IMG/VR virus record: IMGVR_UViG_3300028198_000256
Location: 32,001 to 96,000 of that record
Direction: 5' to 3' (one strand)
Length of the DNA stretch: 64,000 nucleotides
Source of the DNA: a virus
The first letter of the stretch is position 1; the number at the start of each line of letters is the position of its first letter. A program made the position numbers and the translations under genes. The notes under the pieces were generated by a model, which worked only from the letters and a program-made list of their open reading frames with translations, was not told the origin of the DNA and did no database searches. Shown in pieces: positions 60,409 through 64,000 of this stretch.

Positions 60409-61053
60409 TTAATTTTTTTCCATTGCCGTGCCAAATGAAGGTCTATTAATACAACGGTCAACATACGATTTAAGATGTGGGAAATCATGTAAAAGTTCTG
60501 GGAACCAATTCAATGTAGATGATACCATTATATCAACAACAGAAAATTCATGTCCTATCATATATGGACGTTGAACCATCATTGGATTATTACCATTCAT
60601 AGAATTATTAATAACTACTAATATTTTTTTATATCGTTCTAATGAATACTCAACTACAGACTGTCTACGTTTTTCTTTAGGCAACAACTTACTGTGTAAA
60701 AATAAATCCACCAACGGATACTCCATAGTAGAAGTAACATAAAACATCCATTTCAAATACTCAGACCGATATAAACTAGACACGTCAGGAGACAACCCCG
60801 ATTCGGGATTCATATCACACAAATACATACAAATAGCACCAGCCTCCCATATAACATTATTATTATATTTTAATGTCGGGACAGATGCATTCGGATTTAT
60901 TGTTAGATAGTCTCTATTAGTTTTACCATCACCGAATATGTCTATTGGTGTTAACGTGTAATCAACACCTAATTCTTCTAACAACCATAAAGGTCTAAAT
61001 GACCTTGTATCAGTACAATGATACAGCTCAATAACATCTTTACTCATATTCAC
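60409..61053 (-). CDS. Glutathione S-transferase
   Basis: TRSFRPLWLLEELG, INPNASVPTL, WEAGAICMYL, FSVVDI, RPSF. Confidence 0.9.
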   Translation of the reverse strand: MNMSKDVIELYHCTDTRSFRPLWLLEELGVDYTLTPIDIFGDGKTNRDYLTINPNASVPTLKYNNNVIWEAGAICMYLCDMNPESGLSPDVSSLYRSEYLKWMFYVTSTMEYPLVDLFLHSKLLPKEKRRQSVVEYSLERYKKILVVINNSMNGNNPMMVQRPYMIGHEFSVVDIMVSSTLNWFPELLHDFPHLKSYVDRCINRPSFGTAMEKN

Positions 61054-61055
61054 TC

Positions 61056-61409
61056 CTACAAATTAGTTGGATTCACCGAGAAATATAATGCAAATGTCTT
61101 TACCGTGTCAGGGTATACATGTTCATTATATTCTAATACTTTTCCTTCCTCTAAAAATTCACGTTTCAATAAACACTTGTCAACATGATTTGGTAAATTA
61201 TCAAAATTATCATATAAATTCTGCATCACCTCATGATGTCTTGTTTCTGAATATATATTATTACTATCTGGATGATGAGTAAACAAATATGAATACATCA
61301 AATAGTATCCTATTTCTTTTTCTAAATTGTATTTATCAGACTCCATATACTCATAATACTTATCAATCTTCATATCATTGATTCCGTTTATTACCAATAG
61401 AATCACCAT
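61056..61409 (-). CDS. Hypothetical protein (start probably MKIDK)
   Basis: YYLMYSYLF motif. Confidence 0.5.
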   Translation of the reverse strand: MVILLVINGINDMKIDKYYEYMESDKYNLEKEIGYYLMYSYLFTHHPDSNNIYSETRHHEVMQNLYDNFDNLPNHVDKCLLKREFLEEGKVLEYNEHVYPDTVKTFALYFSVNPTNL

Positions 61410-62082
61410 AAGCTAAACTCAACGGTAATAACTTATTTAATGGTAAATCAATCTGTATAACATTAAGTTTCATATTTTTGTTTATCAATAACGCAGATAA
61501 AAATCTATGATGACCATCAATAATACGATTATCAGACGATACTATTAACGTCTTAGAATTCAATAAATCGATAGTGGATTCAACACCATTCTTAGATATG
61601 GTTTTAAACCCCTTATCAAAATATATTTGAGCCTGAATTGGTATCAAATCCTTTGCAGAAATCTTCCCACGCACAATAGATACAACATCATCTTCAGCAT
61701 CACCGTCATATTTCTTTAATCCTGACTTTAAAAAACTATTAGCTTTAGTGCCAGACAATCCTTCTGGAAATGGATTTGATTGATCAGTATCATCTGCAAA
61801 TGGTTTTGTTATATCTAAAAACCCCTTAGACAATCTCTTTTGAAATTTATTAACATCCTTTGATGTTATAACAGGCATATCCTTTCTTTTAGTATGTCCT
61901 TTACGAGCCAACTTCTGTGCTAAAATATAATTAGAATCAAAATCAGGGATATCTTCATCTAACGTAGACATCTTACTCAATGCAAACTTACGGGCATCTG
62001 ATAGAGACGTAGTAAGAAGTTCAAGTTTACCAGCCGCAGCACCACCACCCTTTTCCATTAAATAATTCTTAAATGATTTCAT
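61375..62082 (-). CDS. ParB/Srx-domain protein with CTS-like N-terminus
   Basis: MKSFKNYLME; L.PIQAQIY...IVSSDNRIIDGHHRF. Confidence 0.7.
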   Translation of the reverse strand: MKSFKNYLMEKGGGAAAGKLELLTTSLSDARKFALSKMSTLDEDIPDFDSNYILAQKLARKGHTKRKDMPVITSKDVNKFQKRLSKGFLDITKPFADDTDQSNPFPEGLSGTKANSFLKSGLKKYDGDAEDDVVSIVRGKISAKDLIPIQAQIYFDKGFKTISKNGVESTIDLLNSKTLIVSSDNRIIDGHHRFLSALLINKNMKLNVIQIDLPLNKLLPLSLAYGDSIGNKRNQ

Positions 62083-63296
62083 TTCTCCCAACCTTTTATT
62101 ATATCTTTTGAAAAATTATTTGCTGAAAATTCCATTCGGTTTACCAATTTAACAGCATTATCATTACGATCAATTGCAACAAATCCTTCTGAACCAGATA
62201 CTTTAAATCCATCCTTGGTTCTTACAAAGGTAGATATATCAGACACACTCTCCATTTTGTCTATTAAAATCTCTTTAGCATCAACTAAATGATTTTGTAA
62301 CTCAAACATCAATCTTAAATTCTTTTTATTAGAATCCGAAAAAAAACTTAAAACATCTTCTCTTGATTTCGACTTTTTAGCTTTGCCTTTATCAGACTTC
62401 AATTTGTCAATATCTTTTTGATACTTATCTGAAATATATTTAATAAGTTCATCTGTGTGTTTTCTAGTATTTGTAATCTTCTCTTGTGACCTAACTTTAG
62501 TATTATTAAACGTATTAATCAACTGATTAATAACTGAATTGGTAGAAACATCATTTAATGTTGTTGCAGATATTTTTCTAAATATCTTACCAGCATCAGA
62601 TAAATGTGATGTAACTATATCAGTTTCAGATTTAGTCATAGTCGCGGTTCCAGACAAATCAGTAAGGTCAGCAGTTCTCGTCCATACACTCGAAGTCTTT
62701 TTAAAGTCACGAATACTAATATTAAATGATGCAGACATATTCTCAAAAGAATCACCAGTATATTTTGTATGCCAAACAACACCTATCTTTGACTGTAATA
62801 TAGAACCAGCCTGTGATGTTGGTACAGCGTATACTATCGTATTAGGATGAAAGGTAACATAAGACTCACCATCAATTGTTTCATTCTTAAGATCAGAATT
62901 AGTATACATAATATCACCTTGCATGACACCCTTAATACCAAGTTTCCTTAATTCAGTATATGCAATCTTTAACTTACTAGCTAAATCACCAGAAGTGTCG
63001 TCATCTATATCGTTATGTGACTTATATACTTTTGGATTCTTATTAAATATACCCTTCTTCGCAACAAAAAACTGTCCATCTGTCGGGTCAATACCAGCAA
63101 ACACAGCAGGAGCGCCATCCCACTTAACAGTAACTGAATGTGAAGTATTAGAATTACCAGACAACATATCTCTCAATGACCTTAAAGCATTAATGGCACC
63201 ACGTGTGCCATTAACGCCACCATCAAGGACAAGATCCTCAATATGAGTCATATGAGTATTTTTAGCTTCTGTTACATATTCTTGAAATGTTAACAT
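62079..63296 (-). CDS. Conserved T4-like protein (DUF6267-like), CTS-like N-terminus
   Basis: MLTFQEYVTE; NTHMTHIED, TVKWDGAPA, QGDIMY, EGFVA, KLVNRMEFS. Confidence 0.75.
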   Translation of the reverse strand: MLTFQEYVTEAKNTHMTHIEDLVLDGGVNGTRGAINALRSLRDMLSGNSNTSHSVTVKWDGAPAVFAGIDPTDGQFFVAKKGIFNKNPKVYKSHNDIDDDTSGDLASKLKIAYTELRKLGIKGVMQGDIMYTNSDLKNETIDGESYVTFHPNTIVYAVPTSQAGSILQSKIGVVWHTKYTGDSFENMSASFNISIRDFKKTSSVWTRTADLTDLSGTATMTKSETDIVTSHLSDAGKIFRKISATTLNDVSTNSVINQLINTFNNTKVRSQEKITNTRKHTDELIKYISDKYQKDIDKLKSDKGKAKKSKSREDVLSFFSDSNKKNLRLMFELQNHLVDAKEILIDKMESVSDISTFVRTKDGFKVSGSEGFVAIDRNDNAVKLVNRMEFSANNFSKDIIKGWEK

Positions 63297-63322
63297 ATAT
63301 TACAACTCTAATTGTAAAATTA

Positions 63323-63330
63323 TATTTATA
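63323..63330 (-). promoter_or_regulatory. T4-type late promoter
   Basis: TATAAATA about 27 nt upstream of the 63296 start. Confidence 0.65.
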
Positions 63331-63333
63331 ATA

Positions 63334-64000
63334 TTAAAACTGTTCCTCTTCAGTAGAACCATCCATAGCAGTAACCGATGAGTTACCACCTTGTATAACA
63401 TTTGTAACAGAATCAAAATAACCAGCACCAACTTCCTCTTGATGCCTTGCAAATGTATATCCATCTTTAACCGAATTAAACTCAGGTTCTTGGACACCCT
63501 CCACATAAGCAGTCATACCACGTTCAACATAATCTTTTGACAACTCAAACATAGAATGCCACATATCATGAATACCAGCCAGCGTAATAAATTGCCACTT
63601 GAACCCCATCTCTCCCAATTTTTGTTGATAGTGTGCTATTTCTTCGTCGCTCAAATTCTTCTTCCAATTAAAAGACGGTGAGCAGTTATAAGCCAGCAAC
63701 TTGCCAGGATACTGTTGGTGTATCGCAGTCGCAAATTTTTGAGCCTCTTCTAAATTCGGCACCGCAGTTTCACACCAAAGCATATCAGCATAAGCCGCAT
63801 AAGATAATCCCCTTGATATCGCTTGGTCTATTCCGCAGTTGACTCTAAAAAAACCCTCTTCAGTTCTCTCCCCTGTGACGAATTCCTTGTCACGAACATC
63901 AATATCAGATGTCAGCAAAGTTGCTGCGTTAGCATCTGTCCTTGCGATAATAACGATAGGCACACCCATAACATCAGATGCCAATCTCGCGGATACTAGT
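63334..64000 (-). CDS. aceA: Isocitrate lyase (5' part outside the window)
   Basis: [49 protein letters not shown]. Confidence 0.95.
   Translation of the reverse strand, partial: LVSARLASDVMGVPIVIIARTDANAATLLTSDIDVRDKEFVTGERTEEGFFRVNCGIDQAISRGLSYAAYADMLWCETAVPNLEEAQKFATAIHQQYPGKLLAYNCSPSFNWKKNLSDEEIAHYQQKLGEMGFKWQFITLAGIHDMWHSMFELSKDYVERGMTAYVEGVQEPEFNSVKDGYTFARHQEEVGAGYFDSVTNVIQGGNSSVTAMDGSTEEEQF

Noticed and set aside
1558-63246. Plus-strand ORFs in the six-frame track
   Set aside because: Nearly all are antisense shadows of well-supported minus-strand genes or RNAs and show no recognisable motifs.
1-64000. Alternative genetic code (stop-codon reassignment)
   Set aside because: Conserved enzymes are full length in code 11, TAA/TAG/TGA all end genes, and no suppressor tRNA is seen.

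Overview
AT-rich segment of a large T4-like (myovirus-type) bacteriophage genome. Essentially every real gene is on the minus strand. Phage markers include T4-type RNase H, ThyX, dUTPase, a glutaredoxin-NrdB fusion, a PD-(D/E)XK exonuclease, a GIY-YIG protein, a CobS/CobT-like pair, Hsp20, an M15 endolysin, TATAAATA late promoters, about 13 sigma70-type early promoters, and about 11 proteins with T4-like capsid-targeting N-termini. Interleaved with these is an unusually large set of host-type metabolic genes: lipase, acyltransferase-esterase, FadE, FadJ and FadI (beta-oxidation); isocitrate lyase, malyl-CoA lyase and malate dehydrogenase (glyoxylate shunt); and PanD, PyrD, Prs, PurN, Ppa, Ald, a ThDP keto-acid decarboxylase, FTR1, GST and DnaK/DnaJ. 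RNA genes are a tRNA-CAU, an aberrant tRNA-Gly(ACC), and a circularly permuted two-piece tmRNA whose 278-nt intervening segment looks like a separate structured RNA. Best candidates for new biology: (1) a phage lipid-to-glyoxylate-to-nucleotide pathway; (2) a Mom-like DNA modifier plus a probably non-proteinogenic tRNA-Gly, with all five DNA-modifying enzymes ending in a sliding-clamp-type tail; (3) the permuted tmRNA carrying an unknown ncRNA. All calls come from motif recognition by eye; no searches were run.
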